Shown: positions 1 through 9,088 of the stretch, one piece after another | Position numbering within the stretch: the stretch's first letter is position 1 | Layout of the letters: every line of letters starts with the position of its first letter | Assembly: GCA_040289575.1 (NCBI GenBank) | Contig: PSLL01000018.1 | Span: forward strand, 37,564-60,681 | DNA length: 23,118 nucleotides | Direction: 5' to 3' | Source of the DNA: Candidatus Dadabacteria bacterium | Lineage (GTDB): Bacteria > Desulfobacterota_D > UBA1144 > Nemesobacterales > CSP1-2 | Translations under genes and position numbers: made by a program | Notes under the pieces: generated by a model | The model's input: only the letters and a program-made list of their open reading frames with translations | Told to the model about the DNA's origin: nothing | Databases searched by the model: none

Positions 1-1155
1 AAGCAGGATATGTTCAAGTAGGAGGTATTTGCTTTTGTCATTGTATAGAATAATATCGATCTTCAAAGGCTCAAAGAGGAACCTTCTGTAGTTTTGAATG
101 ACAAGAGATATTTGAACATTATTGTTTTCTGATCTTAATCTGTTTATCAATTGTTTGATTGATTTGTCCGTTCCGGAGGGCAGTATCAGAATTTTTTTTA
201 TTTTTTTGCCAATCAATTGATTCTTCTTATTCTTGTCGTTTAAAAGCAAGGGCTTTTTTAAAGTTTTAAGCTCTCCCCAATTGTTAACGGTAAAATCCCA
301 AACCCCAAGGAAACTAAGCAGGGCTAAGTGGTAATACCCATTTATAAACCTGAAGACCGCTCCCTCAAAAATTCTCCTTAGAAAATTGTATATGTACTTG
401 GCTCTGGATAAATTACCTGCATACTTACTAATGGTTAAGAGGGGATTTCTGATTCCATAATAGGCATCTATAGAAACCCCTCTCTTCTCCGTGAAGGGCG
501 GATGATAGACAATAGCATGAGAAACGGAGACGACTTTATATCCCTTTCTATTCATGGCAAGTCCATAATCCATATCCTCCCATAGGAAATAGTACCTTTC
601 ATCAAAAAATCCGACTCTTTTAATTGCATCGGCTCTTATTAATGAGACCCCGGAACCAACATAATCTACTCTGAATATTTCATTTCCCTCAAAATCCGGC
701 TCATTACAAAATAGCGGGAAGACCTGACCGGTTCCTAAGTCTATATTTGCACCGATCTCTACAATGAGATTGTGATTATTTTTATTCAAAATCTTAGCTC
801 CTGCCATCCCTATACTTTCGTCCTTCTCCATTATGCCGACAAGTATGGATAAACAATTTTTATGTACTAAAAGGTCGGAATCCAAGAGCCATAAATATTT
901 GTATATCTCTAATGAGAGGGAGTACTTAATACCTATATTAAATCCAATTGGCGCTCCGTAGTTTTTGTCATTTCTTAGGATTTTAATTTGCGGATAATGA
1001 CTTTTTATTTCACTAATATCATCTGTAGAATCATTATCGACTATAATGACATCGAAGTCGCTATAATCTGTTTCAAAAACGGAGTTTAACAACTCAATCA
1101 GGTCTTTCTTTCGGTTATGGACGGGGATTATTACTCCAATCCTAGCGCTTTTCAT
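1..1155 (-). CDS. Glycosyltransferase family 2 protein, 3' end truncated by the window edge; paralog of the adjacent GT2
   Basis: Missing from the ORF track, apparently because no stop lies in the window. Segments translated by hand from the ATG at 1155: MKSARIGVIIPVHNRKKDLIELLNSV...IIVDNDSTDD...YKYLWLLDSDL...GFFDERYYFLWEDM...IDIILYNDKSKYLLLEHILL. These include GT-A fold motifs (VIIP, VDNxSxD, DxD). The start overlaps the end of the upstream GT2 by 14 bp. Confidence 0.9.
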   Translation of the reverse strand, partial: MKSARIGVIIPVHNRKKDLIELLNSVFETDYSDFDVIIVDNDSTDDISEIKSHYPQIKILRNDKNYGAPIGFNIGIKYSLSLEIYKYLWLLDSDLLVHKNCLSILVGIMEKDESIGMAGAKILNKNNHNLIVEIGANIDLGTGQVFPLFCNEPDFEGNEIFRVDYVGSGVSLIRADAIKRVGFFDERYYFLWEDMDYGLAMNRKGYKVVSVSHAIVYHPPFTEKRGVSIDAYYGIRNPLLTISKYAGNLSRAKYIYNFLRRIFEGAVFRFINGYYHLALLSFLGVWDFTVNNWGELKTLKKPLLLNDKNKKNQLIGKKIKKILILPSGTDKSIKQLINRLRSENNNVQISLVIQNYRRFLFEPLKIDIILYNDKSKYLLLEHILL

Positions 1156-2548
1156 GGCTGTATTTTAATGATTTAACAATGAGAATGAGTGTCAGCGGGA
1201 TAGCTACAATTTGTCCTACTATTGTAGCAAGCACTATCTTCCAAGCGTCTTTTCGCATTCCCCTTAATTTGAATTGCCTATCCGTTTCGCTAAAGGCATA
1301 GTATTTTTTAGACGCATAGGCAAACGGCGAGTCGGAGATTTCATTTGGGGTTATTGAAATATCGAAATTACGGGCGAGTAGTTTTAAAAAAAGAATTGTA
1401 TGTTCAAAGAATATATATTTTGTTTTGTCGTTGTATAGGATAAAGCTATCAATGGGGAGCTTCTCGAACAGATTCTTTCTATAATGCTGGATGAGTAGAG
1501 TAATACAACATGTCTCATAATTGTTCTTGATAAGATTGACTAGGTTTGAGATTTTCTCATGATTGCCTGTAGGCAGGAGGAGGATTTTGTTTCCTTTGAG
1601 AAAATCGGCCTTTCGGCTTTCGTAAGACTTGTCACTACTCCATTTGCCCGTGTCGCGTTTAAATTCTCTCCATCTGTCCATTAGAAAATCTTTTATAGAG
1701 TAATAGAGTAAGTTACTCAAATATTTATTCTTGTTTAGATAAAAAAACAGAATTCCCTTAGAGGAGTAGGACGCTATTCTGTAAAAGATTTTTACTCTCT
1801 TTCCCAGGTCTGCGTGTTTTGAAAATGCGAGAAGGGAGTTTCTGTTGTTATAATAATGTATTGGCGGCCAGTCTTTTTCCGTAGGATGGTATACAATGGA
1901 TTTAGTAACTCCAGCCACTTTTTTCCCTGTTTTTCTTACGCTCAGTCCGAGGTCTGTGTCATCCCACCAAATGAAGTACCTTTCATCTATAAGGCCCATT
2001 TTGAGGAATAAATCCGCTCTGACCAAGGCAGAGCACGCCGCTACGTAGTCTACATCATAAATGCCGTCTTTGACCTCGGATATTCTATAATTTTCCATAA
2101 AGGGCTTTACAATGCCTGTATCCCAGTCAATGTTTAGACCCAATTCGACAATTAGTTCTTTGTTGTCGGGATTGATTATCATTGATCCAGCAATCCCTAT
2201 ACTCTCATCCTTTTCCATCGCCTTTACTAATTCTACCAATGTATCTTTTTCCACCATTGCGTCATTATCCAAAAGCCAAATATATTTATATCCTCCTTTT
2301 TCGAGTGCATGCCTTATCCCCGTATTGAATCCGCCTGTGCCGCCCAAGTTCCTGGAATTCACTATGAGGTTTATTTCGGGGAATTTTTCTTTTATCGTCT
2401 CGACTGAGCCGTCCTCAGAGGCATTATCAACGACCGTGATTTCATAGTTGTCGTAATTTATATCTCTAAGGGAGTTAAGGAGGTTGATGGCATAGTCTTT
2501 TTTATTCCAGTTAACTATGACTATTGATACTTTTGGATAACTAGGCAT
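1142..2548 (-). CDS. Glycosyltransferase family 2 protein (rhamnosyltransferase-like GT-A domain with C-terminal extension and hydrophobic tail)
   Basis: Motifs VSIVIVNWN, VVDNASEDGS, NLGGTGGFNTG, WLLDND and DERYFIWWDDTD. Hydrophobic C-terminal segment IVLATIVGQIVAIPLTLILIV. Confidence 0.9.
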   Translation of the reverse strand: MPSYPKVSIVIVNWNKKDYAINLLNSLRDINYDNYEITVVDNASEDGSVETIKEKFPEINLIVNSRNLGGTGGFNTGIRHALEKGGYKYIWLLDNDAMVEKDTLVELVKAMEKDESIGIAGSMIINPDNKELIVELGLNIDWDTGIVKPFMENYRISEVKDGIYDVDYVAACSALVRADLFLKMGLIDERYFIWWDDTDLGLSVRKTGKKVAGVTKSIVYHPTEKDWPPIHYYNNRNSLLAFSKHADLGKRVKIFYRIASYSSKGILFFYLNKNKYLSNLLYYSIKDFLMDRWREFKRDTGKWSSDKSYESRKADFLKGNKILLLPTGNHEKISNLVNLIKNNYETCCITLLIQHYRKNLFEKLPIDSFILYNDKTKYIFFEHTILFLKLLARNFDISITPNEISDSPFAYASKKYYAFSETDRQFKLRGMRKDAWKIVLATIVGQIVAIPLTLILIVKSLKYSHEKR

Positions 2549-2566
2549 TTTTTAACTTGAATAATC

Positions 2567-3286
2567 TTATTTATTAATCACAAGGTGTAAATTCTTTATT
2601 TCTCCTTCTTCAAGGAATATTATTCTATCTACGATTTGCTCCATGAGTGCTCTATTATGGGATACTACAACCATCGCCTTATTTGATTTTATGTCCTTGA
2701 TCTTCCCGATGCATTTTTTCTGGAATGACTCGTCGCTTACGGCAAGTATTTCGTCTATCAAGAGGATTTCGGCGCTGCTGTGGATAGCGATAGAAAATCC
2801 GAGCTTAAGGTACATCCCGGAGGAATACTTTTTTACTGGCATATCAATAAATTTCTCAAGCTCGGAGAACTCTATAATCTCGGCCATGTGCTCCCTTATC
2901 TCTTTTAGTGTCATTCCAATAATGGTTCCATTCATGTATATATTCTCTCTGCCCGTTAAGTCGGGATGAAACCCGGCACCCACCGCTATTAAGGGGGCAA
3001 CCCTGCCCTTAACTGTAACCTCTCCTCTAGTAGGATACGTGACGGATGATATGAGCTTTAGAATCGTTGTCTTGCCGGATCCGTTCGGTCCGTAGAGGCC
3101 TACACATTCCCTTTCGCCTAGAGAGATATTTATATTTTTGAGTGCCCAGAATTCGTCCTCTTTGAGATCACATTTGTTTCCTCTGAAGATATTGATGAAA
3201 TCCTCTCTTAGAGACCTGTGAAACATATCTCTTATAGAATATTTTTTCCATACGTTTTTTAGTTCAACTATGACATCAGATAACAT
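2567..3286 (-). CDS. wzt: Polysaccharide export ABC transporter ATP-binding protein (Wzt/RfbB/TagH-like), without a C-terminal carbohydrate-binding domain
   Basis: Walker A GPNGSGKTT, GAGFHPDLTGRENI, signature YSSGM, Walker B LLIDE and H-loop VSHN. Overlaps the upstream permease gene. Confidence 0.9.
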   Translation of the reverse strand: MLSDVIVELKNVWKKYSIRDMFHRSLREDFINIFRGNKCDLKEDEFWALKNINISLGERECVGLYGPNGSGKTTILKLISSVTYPTRGEVTVKGRVAPLIAVGAGFHPDLTGRENIYMNGTIIGMTLKEIREHMAEIIEFSELEKFIDMPVKKYSSGMYLKLGFSIAIHSSAEILLIDEILAVSDESFQKKCIGKIKDIKSNKAMVVVSHNRALMEQIVDRIIFLEEGEIKNLHLVINK

Positions 3287-4055
3287 CTGCGAAGTCGCGC
3301 TCTGTTTTAATAAAGAATTTATATGATAGGAGATAAAATATGGTTATGATGATGCCTACGAGGACGAATTGCCAAAGCACTACAGATCTACCCTCAATCA
3401 CGCATCTCCTCATGTTTTCAATGATGAATGTAAGAGGATTGAGAAAGAGTATTAATTTGAACTTGACGTTGAGTTGATCAATTGAATACATGACTGGGGA
3501 TGCAAAAAACCAGGCTTGTATAAGAAATCCAGTAGCCAGTTTCACATCCCTATAATATACATTGACGCTTGATAAAAATAGAGATACGGCAATCGTAAAA
3601 AAAAGAAGCAATATAAAAAGTGGGATGAGCCAGACCACATTCCATGTAATGTGGATTTTATATGCAGCGAGAATTATGGCAAAAATCAGCGAGGCTATCA
3701 CATAATCTATGAAGGCGACCGAGATGCCCGATAGGGGCAGAATCTCACGGGGAAAATAGATTTTTGTAATCAGATCGTAGTGATTTGTCAGACTCGGTAT
3801 CGAGTAATTCAGTGAAGAAGAAAAGAATATCCAAGGCAGGAGGCCTGAATAGAAAAAGATCGTATGGGGATAATCCGCGACTTTTAATTTAAGCACATAG
3901 GAGAAAATAAACGTAAATAGTGCCATCATGCTTAGGGGTTGAATTATCGCCCATAGCACACCTATGATGGACTGGCGGTATCTTATGGTAAATTCCCGCC
4001 AGACAAATACCCGAAACAGGTCTTTGTATAAATAAAGCCTCTTTGCTATTTGCAT
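3276..4055 (-). CDS. wzm: Polysaccharide export ABC-2 permease (Wzm/RfbA-like)
   Basis: RYRQSIIGVLWAIIQPL, KIYFPRE, YYRDV, FFASPVMY, NPL and terminal ERDFADVI; multiple hydrophobic segments. Confidence 0.9.
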   Translation of the reverse strand: MQIAKRLYLYKDLFRVFVWREFTIRYRQSIIGVLWAIIQPLSMMALFTFIFSYVLKLKVADYPHTIFFYSGLLPWIFFSSSLNYSIPSLTNHYDLITKIYFPREILPLSGISVAFIDYVIASLIFAIILAAYKIHITWNVVWLIPLFILLLFFTIAVSLFLSSVNVYYRDVKLATGFLIQAWFFASPVMYSIDQLNVKFKLILFLNPLTFIIENMRRCVIEGRSVVLWQFVLVGIIITIFYLLSYKFFIKTERDFADVI

Positions 4056-4067
4056 GGGATTAAATCC

Positions 4068-5030
4068 CTACCCTTTGCCGCAATTTACTGTGTTTTTAGA
4101 TTTATTGTCAATTACAGTTTTTCTCTCATTATACTCAATTTTTCTGCCCGTCATTGAATAGAGAATTCCAAGCAAGAAGCCTAGGCTGAATTTGCCCCGC
4201 ATACGCAGCTTTTTACTTATTGGAAAAAGCAGTGTCGGCAGATACCTAGAGCCGTTCATAAGGAGGATTATCCATATAAGGAGTGGATATCTGTTTCTTA
4301 GTCTAGCAAAAGACATACCGACGGCAGCTGCTTTGTTGAGATTGTTTAAGATTAAGGGTGGATGTAGAAACTCAAGCCTTCGGGAATTGTAGAATTCCTT
4401 GCCGGATGCGATAAATCGCACTACAAGCTCAACGTCTTCCTGTCCTATTATATCTGAGACGAACCCGCCCAGTTCTTTGAGCACCTCTCTTTTATAAGCC
4501 ATACATCGGTTTGATGGGAAGTACGGATCGTGAAAACTGTATTTCCCATCGAGAACGCAGTAGCTTGTGCTGCCATGCGGTATTATGGCATCGGCGCTGG
4601 AGGTTTCAAATTCTTCAATCAAGTTAGATAGGAAATCGTTCTGTATTATCACCGTGTCATCATCGAGGAACAATATAAATTTCCCTTTTGATTTAGAGAT
4701 TCCAACGTTTCTTGAATATCCCATTTTGCCGTAATTTTCGCGGAGCGCAAAATACTTAACGTTGAGCCGGGATTTAAACTCTTCTAAAATATCCCTTCCC
4801 TCTTTAGTGCCTCCTTTATCTTCTATGAGGATCACTTCAAATCTCTCCTTGGGTAGATTCTGCTCGGATAGGCTGGAGAGCACGTTTTTAAGCATGTTGG
4901 TTCTCCCATAGAAGTTTATAATACAAGAGATATCGCACTCGGGATAAATATAATCGAGATCAGCGTCTCCTCTTAGGGAGAATGGGAATAATCTATAGGC
5001 TGAAACCAGCATTTTTGATCTTAAGCCCAT
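4068..5030 (-). CDS. Glycosyltransferase family 2 protein
   Basis: SCIINFYGR, EVILIED, SRNVGI, FILFLDDD (DxD) and GGF..EDVE motifs. First gene of the minus-strand cluster. Confidence 0.85.
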   Translation of the reverse strand: MGLRSKMLVSAYRLFPFSLRGDADLDYIYPECDISCIINFYGRTNMLKNVLSSLSEQNLPKERFEVILIEDKGGTKEGRDILEEFKSRLNVKYFALRENYGKMGYSRNVGISKSKGKFILFLDDDTVIIQNDFLSNLIEEFETSSADAIIPHGSTSYCVLDGKYSFHDPYFPSNRCMAYKREVLKELGGFVSDIIGQEDVELVVRFIASGKEFYNSRRLEFLHPPLILNNLNKAAAVGMSFARLRNRYPLLIWIILLMNGSRYLPTLLFPISKKLRMRGKFSLGFLLGILYSMTGRKIEYNERKTVIDNKSKNTVNCGKG

Positions 5031-5259
5031 TTAAACCTAAAGAATTATATGTTTCTTTCAGTTACAGTTGTAATTGTTCTAAATCAAAAGTCAAGAGCCA
5101 AAGATCCGATTCTATCCGCCGAATTAATTTTTATAATACAATCCGGTTCTAAAGCTTATGAGTGTCTCAGATTTAGTAAATGGATGGAAATGGTACAATT
5201 TATAGATAGCTTATGGTTAAACAGGTTTTTCTCTCTTATGAAGGTTGAAAGGAAATGTT

Positions 5260-5790
5260 ATGGATTCGGTAAATAAAATAGAGGTTCTCAAAGGTGATAT
5301 TACGGATATGGATGTAGATGCGGTTGTAAATGCCGCAAATACTGACTTGATTCTTGGCAGCGGGGTTGCCGGAGCCATAAGAAAAAGAGGCGGAGATTCA
5401 ATTCAAAAGGAATGCGACAGAATTGGCTCAATACCTCTGGGAGAGGCCGTTGTTACAGGAGCAGGGAGCCTTAAGTCGAGATTTGTGATCCATGCTACGG
5501 GGATGCATCTCGGCGGTTCTGTAACTGAGGAATCATTGAGAGCCGCTACTAAAAACAGCCTTATGAGAGCGGATGAGAAGGGAATAAAAACAATCGCGTT
5601 TCCTGCGATTGGAACGGGGGTTGGAGGATTCTCTCCAGACAGATGCGCTGAAGTTATGGTTGATGTAGTTTATAAGCACCTCGAAAGCAGAAAAACCTCC
5701 CTCGATATGGTTTACTTTGTTCTCTTTGACGAGCCGACTTACAGGGCTTTTGATGAGTGTCTTAGGGAGAAGTTGGGCTCTGATGTTTAA
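5260..5790 (+). CDS. Macro domain protein (YmdB/MacroD-like O-acetyl-ADP-ribose deacetylase / ADP-ribosylhydrolase)
   Basis: GDIT..DAVVNAAN..LGSGVAGAI..GG, VIHA and IAFPAIGTGVGG motifs. The ATG at 5260 follows AAGGAA and is preferred over the TTG at 5245. Confidence 0.9.
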   Translation: MDSVNKIEVLKGDITDMDVDAVVNAANTDLILGSGVAGAIRKRGGDSIQKECDRIGSIPLGEAVVTGAGSLKSRFVIHATGMHLGGSVTEESLRAATKNSLMRADEKGIKTIAFPAIGTGVGGFSPDRCAEVMVDVVYKHLESRKTSLDMVYFVLFDEPTYRAFDECLREKLGSDV

Positions 5791-5891
5791 TTGAGTCTTG
5801 TTGTTTCTCCCTTAAAAATTTAATTGAGTAATAAATATCGGCTGTAGAAGTATGGGTGTTTCTCCAATTAGCTTACATAGGTCTGTTGTCT

Positions 5892-5922
5892 TTGCGAAAA
5901 GTTATGTAACCGACTATAACTT
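5892..5922 (+). promoter_or_regulatory. Putative sigma70 promoter with an overlapping inverted repeat, upstream of the Nudix gene
   Basis: TTGCGA (5892-5897), 17 bp spacer, TATAAC (5915-5920). Inverted repeat AAGTTAT (5899-5905) / ATAACTT (5916-5922). Confidence 0.4.
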
Positions 5923-5955
5923 GTCTGTCTTTTAATTTAATTCGAGAAAAGATTA

Positions 5956-6561
5956 ATGCCACATCATGTGATAGAAGAACTCGAGAGGATTATAAAGGAA
6001 AGAAAGAGTATTAAGATAATTAGAGAGGAGAATTTTATCCATGCCTCCGTAATGGTAATCCTGAGAGAGGAAGGGGGTAGATATTCTATGCTCTTTATAA
6101 AGAGGCGAGAATACCTATCTGACCTCTTTTCAGGGCACATGGCATTCCCTGGTGGAAAGATGCAAAAGGGGGATGAGAATAAACTGGAGACAGCAATTCG
6201 TGAGACCCTTGAAGAGACGGGCATTGATTTAAGAAAGGACGGAAGGATTATTGGAGAATTAGATGATGTAAGTCCAGTTAATCCAAGGGCCAGACACTAC
6301 ATTGTCACTCCGTATGTGGCTCTTGTCGGAGGAGATATAATAAAGGTAAAGCCGAATGAAGAGGTAGCTGAGTTTGTCTGGATTCCGCTTTCGAATTTCA
6401 TGGATGAAAAAACGCTCGAAATAAGGGTCGTAGAAAGATATGGTATAAGACTAGAAGATTTTGCTTTTCATTACCAGAAATACGTAATCTGGGGAATGAC
6501 AGCAAGAGTCCTTCATCAGTTTCTATCTTTAGCGGGTTACCTCTTTAGTTGTGATAAATGA
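5956..6561 (+). CDS. Nudix hydrolase, CoA pyrophosphatase (NudL/NUDT7-like) family
   Basis: LFIKR....SGHMAFPGG followed by the Nudix box (ETAIRETLEETGI). C-terminal IWGMTARVL is typical of CoA pyrophosphatases. Confidence 0.85.
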   Translation: MPHHVIEELERIIKERKSIKIIREENFIHASVMVILREEGGRYSMLFIKRREYLSDLFSGHMAFPGGKMQKGDENKLETAIRETLEETGIDLRKDGRIIGELDDVSPVNPRARHYIVTPYVALVGGDIIKVKPNEEVAEFVWIPLSNFMDEKTLEIRVVERYGIRLEDFAFHYQKYVIWGMTARVLHQFLSLAGYLFSCDK

Positions 6562-6775
6562 TTTTATATTGAATTATCCATTACCTTGTTATTCCTTGCA
6601 CTTATATCCACTTTCTTTAGCCTCCGATTCCTAATCTCTAGATTTTCTTTCTCTGCGATGATAGAATTTTCGTATTGGTATTCCGAACCGCCTTATCCGA
6701 TTGGCGATATTTGTCGGAGGGCAATAGGCAATATCATAGGGGGAATTAAAAAAGTAAATCAGGACGGGAAAAAAG

Positions 6776-7207
6776 ATGAGAGGAGTAAACAAGGTAATTC
6801 TGATTGGCAATCTAGGACGTGACCCGGAAATAAGGTATACGACAAGTGGACAGGCAGTTGCTAACTTTACTCTTGCTACAACCGAGATACGTACTAATAA
6901 AGATGGTAAGAAGGACGAATTCACAGAGTGGCACAGAATTGTTGCATGGGGAAGGCTTGCTGAGATATGTGGCGAGTATTTATCTAAAGGAAAAACGGTT
7001 TATATTGAAGGGACCCTTCGAACCCGTTCTTGGGAGGATAAGGAGGGGAAAAAGAGATGGACAACAGAGGTAGTTGCGCAGAATATGCAAATGTTAGGAG
7101 GCCCGTCTGCGGAAAAATCTGCATCGGTCTCTGAAACTGAAGAGAAACTCACAGAGGATTTTGAGAGTGAAGAGCCGTTTGGCTCAGATGAAGATGTCCC
7201 ATTCTAA
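6776..7207 (+). CDS. ssb: Single-stranded DNA-binding protein
   Basis: [38 protein letters not shown] and acidic tail DEDVPF. Confidence 0.97.
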   Translation: MRGVNKVILIGNLGRDPEIRYTTSGQAVANFTLATTEIRTNKDGKKDEFTEWHRIVAWGRLAEICGEYLSKGKTVYIEGTLRTRSWEDKEGKKRWTTEVVAQNMQMLGGPSAEKSASVSETEEKLTEDFESEEPFGSDEDVPF

Positions 7208-7252
7208 AAAACGTGCCGACAGTCTCTGTATGAAGGTCTGATAAATGTATCT

Positions 7253-7630
7253 ATGAGCGAAGGGATTAAAGGTAATAATATAGGTATAATCAAAAAGGTT
7301 CCAAAGCCCTGGGGATATGAAATCTGGTGGGCTCTTACAGATAAATACGTGGGGAAGATTCTCCATATTAATAAGAGCCACAGCCTGAGTTTCCAGTATC
7401 ATAATGTGAAGGATGAGACGATATATCTTTATACAGGCGAGATGATTATAGAGATTGAAGAGATTGGAAAGACTAGGGAAACGATAAAGCTCACAGCTGG
7501 CGACTGCATAAGAATAACTCCTCTTACAAAGCATCGGATGACTGCTGTGGAGGATTGTGATGTGCTTGAGGTATCTACTCCTGAGGTTGAGGACATAGTA
7601 AGACTTGAAGACAAATATGGGAGAGTATAG
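7253..7630 (+). CDS. Cupin domain protein (mannose-6-phosphate isomerase type II C-terminal-like)
   Basis: KPWGYE, SLSFQYH..KDET, HRM and EVSTPEVEDIVRLED.YGR. Ends 2 bp before glmU. Confidence 0.8.
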   Translation: MSEGIKGNNIGIIKKVPKPWGYEIWWALTDKYVGKILHINKSHSLSFQYHNVKDETIYLYTGEMIIEIEEIGKTRETIKLTAGDCIRITPLTKHRMTAVEDCDVLEVSTPEVEDIVRLEDKYGRV

Positions 7631-7632
7631 GT

Positions 7633-9018
7633 ATGGATTATGCTGCCATTATCCTTGCTGCAGGTAAGGGAAAGAGAATGAAATCCCAACTTCCAAAGGT
7701 CCTCCATCCGATCTTGGGATGCCCAATACTTAGTTACGTTTTGCATGCGGTTAATGAGATTTCTCCAAAGAGAATAATCGTTATCATAGGGCATGGTGGA
7801 GAGAGGATAAAAGGGGCTTTCCACTCTGATCAAATTGAGTATGTTCTCCAGAATGAACCACTTGGCACAGGACATGCCGCAATGTGCGCCCATGAGGCAC
7901 TTAAAGATTTTAATGGAACTGTAGTTATTCTAAATGGGGATTTTCCTCTTATTCGCCCTGAAACGCTCAAAGGCTTTATCGAGATGCACAGGAGAAGTAA
8001 AGGGGCGCTCTCGCTCCTTACAACCGTTCTTGATAATCCAGACGGCTATGGAAGGGTGATAAGAGGGAGAGATGGCGATGTTATACGAGTAGTCGAGGAG
8101 AAAGACGCTACGGCTGAGGAAAGGGAGATAAAGGAGATAAATTCTGGGGCGTATTGTGTCGAGTCTGATTTTTTATGGAAGGCGCTTCGAGAGATCGGCA
8201 GGAACAATGAACAGAAGGAATATTATCTTCCTGACATCATTGGGGTTGCGACCGAGAGCGGAAAAAGGGTGGTTGGGTATCCCGTTCCCGATAGTGAGGA
8301 GGTACTCGGAGTAAATAATAGAGTCGAGCTTGCGGGTGTTGAGCGGATTATAAAGAATCGAATAAATAGGAACCTTATGATCTCCGGTGTGACAATAATA
8401 GATCCGGATGTTACATACATATCTCCTCGGGTTTCCATCAGGACTGATACTATAATCTATCCGAACACATTTATTTATGGAGATACAACAATAGGGAATG
8501 GATGTCAGATAGGGCCATCTGTGTGGATTGAAGATTCAAAAATAGGAGAAGGGGTTACTATAAAGTTTTCTTCATATATAACAAAAGCCGTGATTGAGGA
8601 TGATGTAACAATAGGTCCATTTGCCCATATTCGTCCCGATGCTCAGATACTCACCGGAGCGAGGATCGGGAACTTTGTAGAGATAAAGAAATCAAAGATC
8701 GGTCGTGGATCAAATGTTCTTCATCTGTCCTATGTAGGCGATGGAGTTTTAGGAGATAGGGTGAACATTGGAGCAGGAACTATAACATGCAACTATGACG
8801 GATTTGATAAATATGAGACCGTGATTGAGGATGATGTATTTATAGGAAGTGATACTATGCTTGTTGCCCCTGTAAGGGTTGGAAAAGGGGCCACGACGGG
8901 GGCAGGCTCAACTATAACAAGGGATGTTCCCCCTGGAACCCTAGCAATAGCTAGGGCGAAGCAGGTGATAATTGAGGGATGGAAAAGAAAGCCGAGGGGG
9001 AGAAAGAGGAATGAGTAA
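7633..9018 (+). CDS. glmU: Bifunctional UDP-GlcNAc pyrophosphorylase / glucosamine-1-phosphate N-acetyltransferase
   Basis: ILAAGKGKRMKS..PKVLH, LGTGHA, GYGR, EINSG, EYYL.D, hexapeptide repeats, HLSYVGD and NIGAGTITCNYDG. Confidence 0.97.
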   Translation: MDYAAIILAAGKGKRMKSQLPKVLHPILGCPILSYVLHAVNEISPKRIIVIIGHGGERIKGAFHSDQIEYVLQNEPLGTGHAAMCAHEALKDFNGTVVILNGDFPLIRPETLKGFIEMHRRSKGALSLLTTVLDNPDGYGRVIRGRDGDVIRVVEEKDATAEEREIKEINSGAYCVESDFLWKALREIGRNNEQKEYYLPDIIGVATESGKRVVGYPVPDSEEVLGVNNRVELAGVERIIKNRINRNLMISGVTIIDPDVTYISPRVSIRTDTIIYPNTFIYGDTTIGNGCQIGPSVWIEDSKIGEGVTIKFSSYITKAVIEDDVTIGPFAHIRPDAQILTGARIGNFVEIKKSKIGRGSNVLHLSYVGDGVLGDRVNIGAGTITCNYDGFDKYETVIEDDVFIGSDTMLVAPVRVGKGATTGAGSTITRDVPPGTLAIARAKQVIIEGWKRKPRGRKRNE

Positions 9019-9088
9019 AACGGGTTAGGGCAAATTTCAAATCTGCCATTCAGTTCTAAGGAGAAATGAAGTTGAGAGGTTATATCTT

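Noticed and set aside
5105..5122. GGCGGATAG on the minus strand upstream of the glycan operon, resembling an ops/JUMPstart element
   Set aside because: It does not match GGCGGTAGnnTG (extra A, no TG), and there is no RfaH-like gene in the window.
5049..5276. 75-aa plus-strand ORF in the divergent promoter region
   Set aside because: No ribosome-binding site and no recognisable motif; it overlaps the macro gene start in AT-rich intergenic DNA.
6586..6822. 78-aa plus-strand ORF overlapping the ssb start
   Set aside because: TTG start without a ribosome-binding site; its hydrophobic look is explained by a pyrimidine-rich tract.
8589..8837. Repeated CCGTGATTGAGGATGATGTA near 8589 and 8819 in glmU
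   Set aside because: Both encode VIEDDV within the hexapeptide left-handed beta-helix repeats expected in GlmU.
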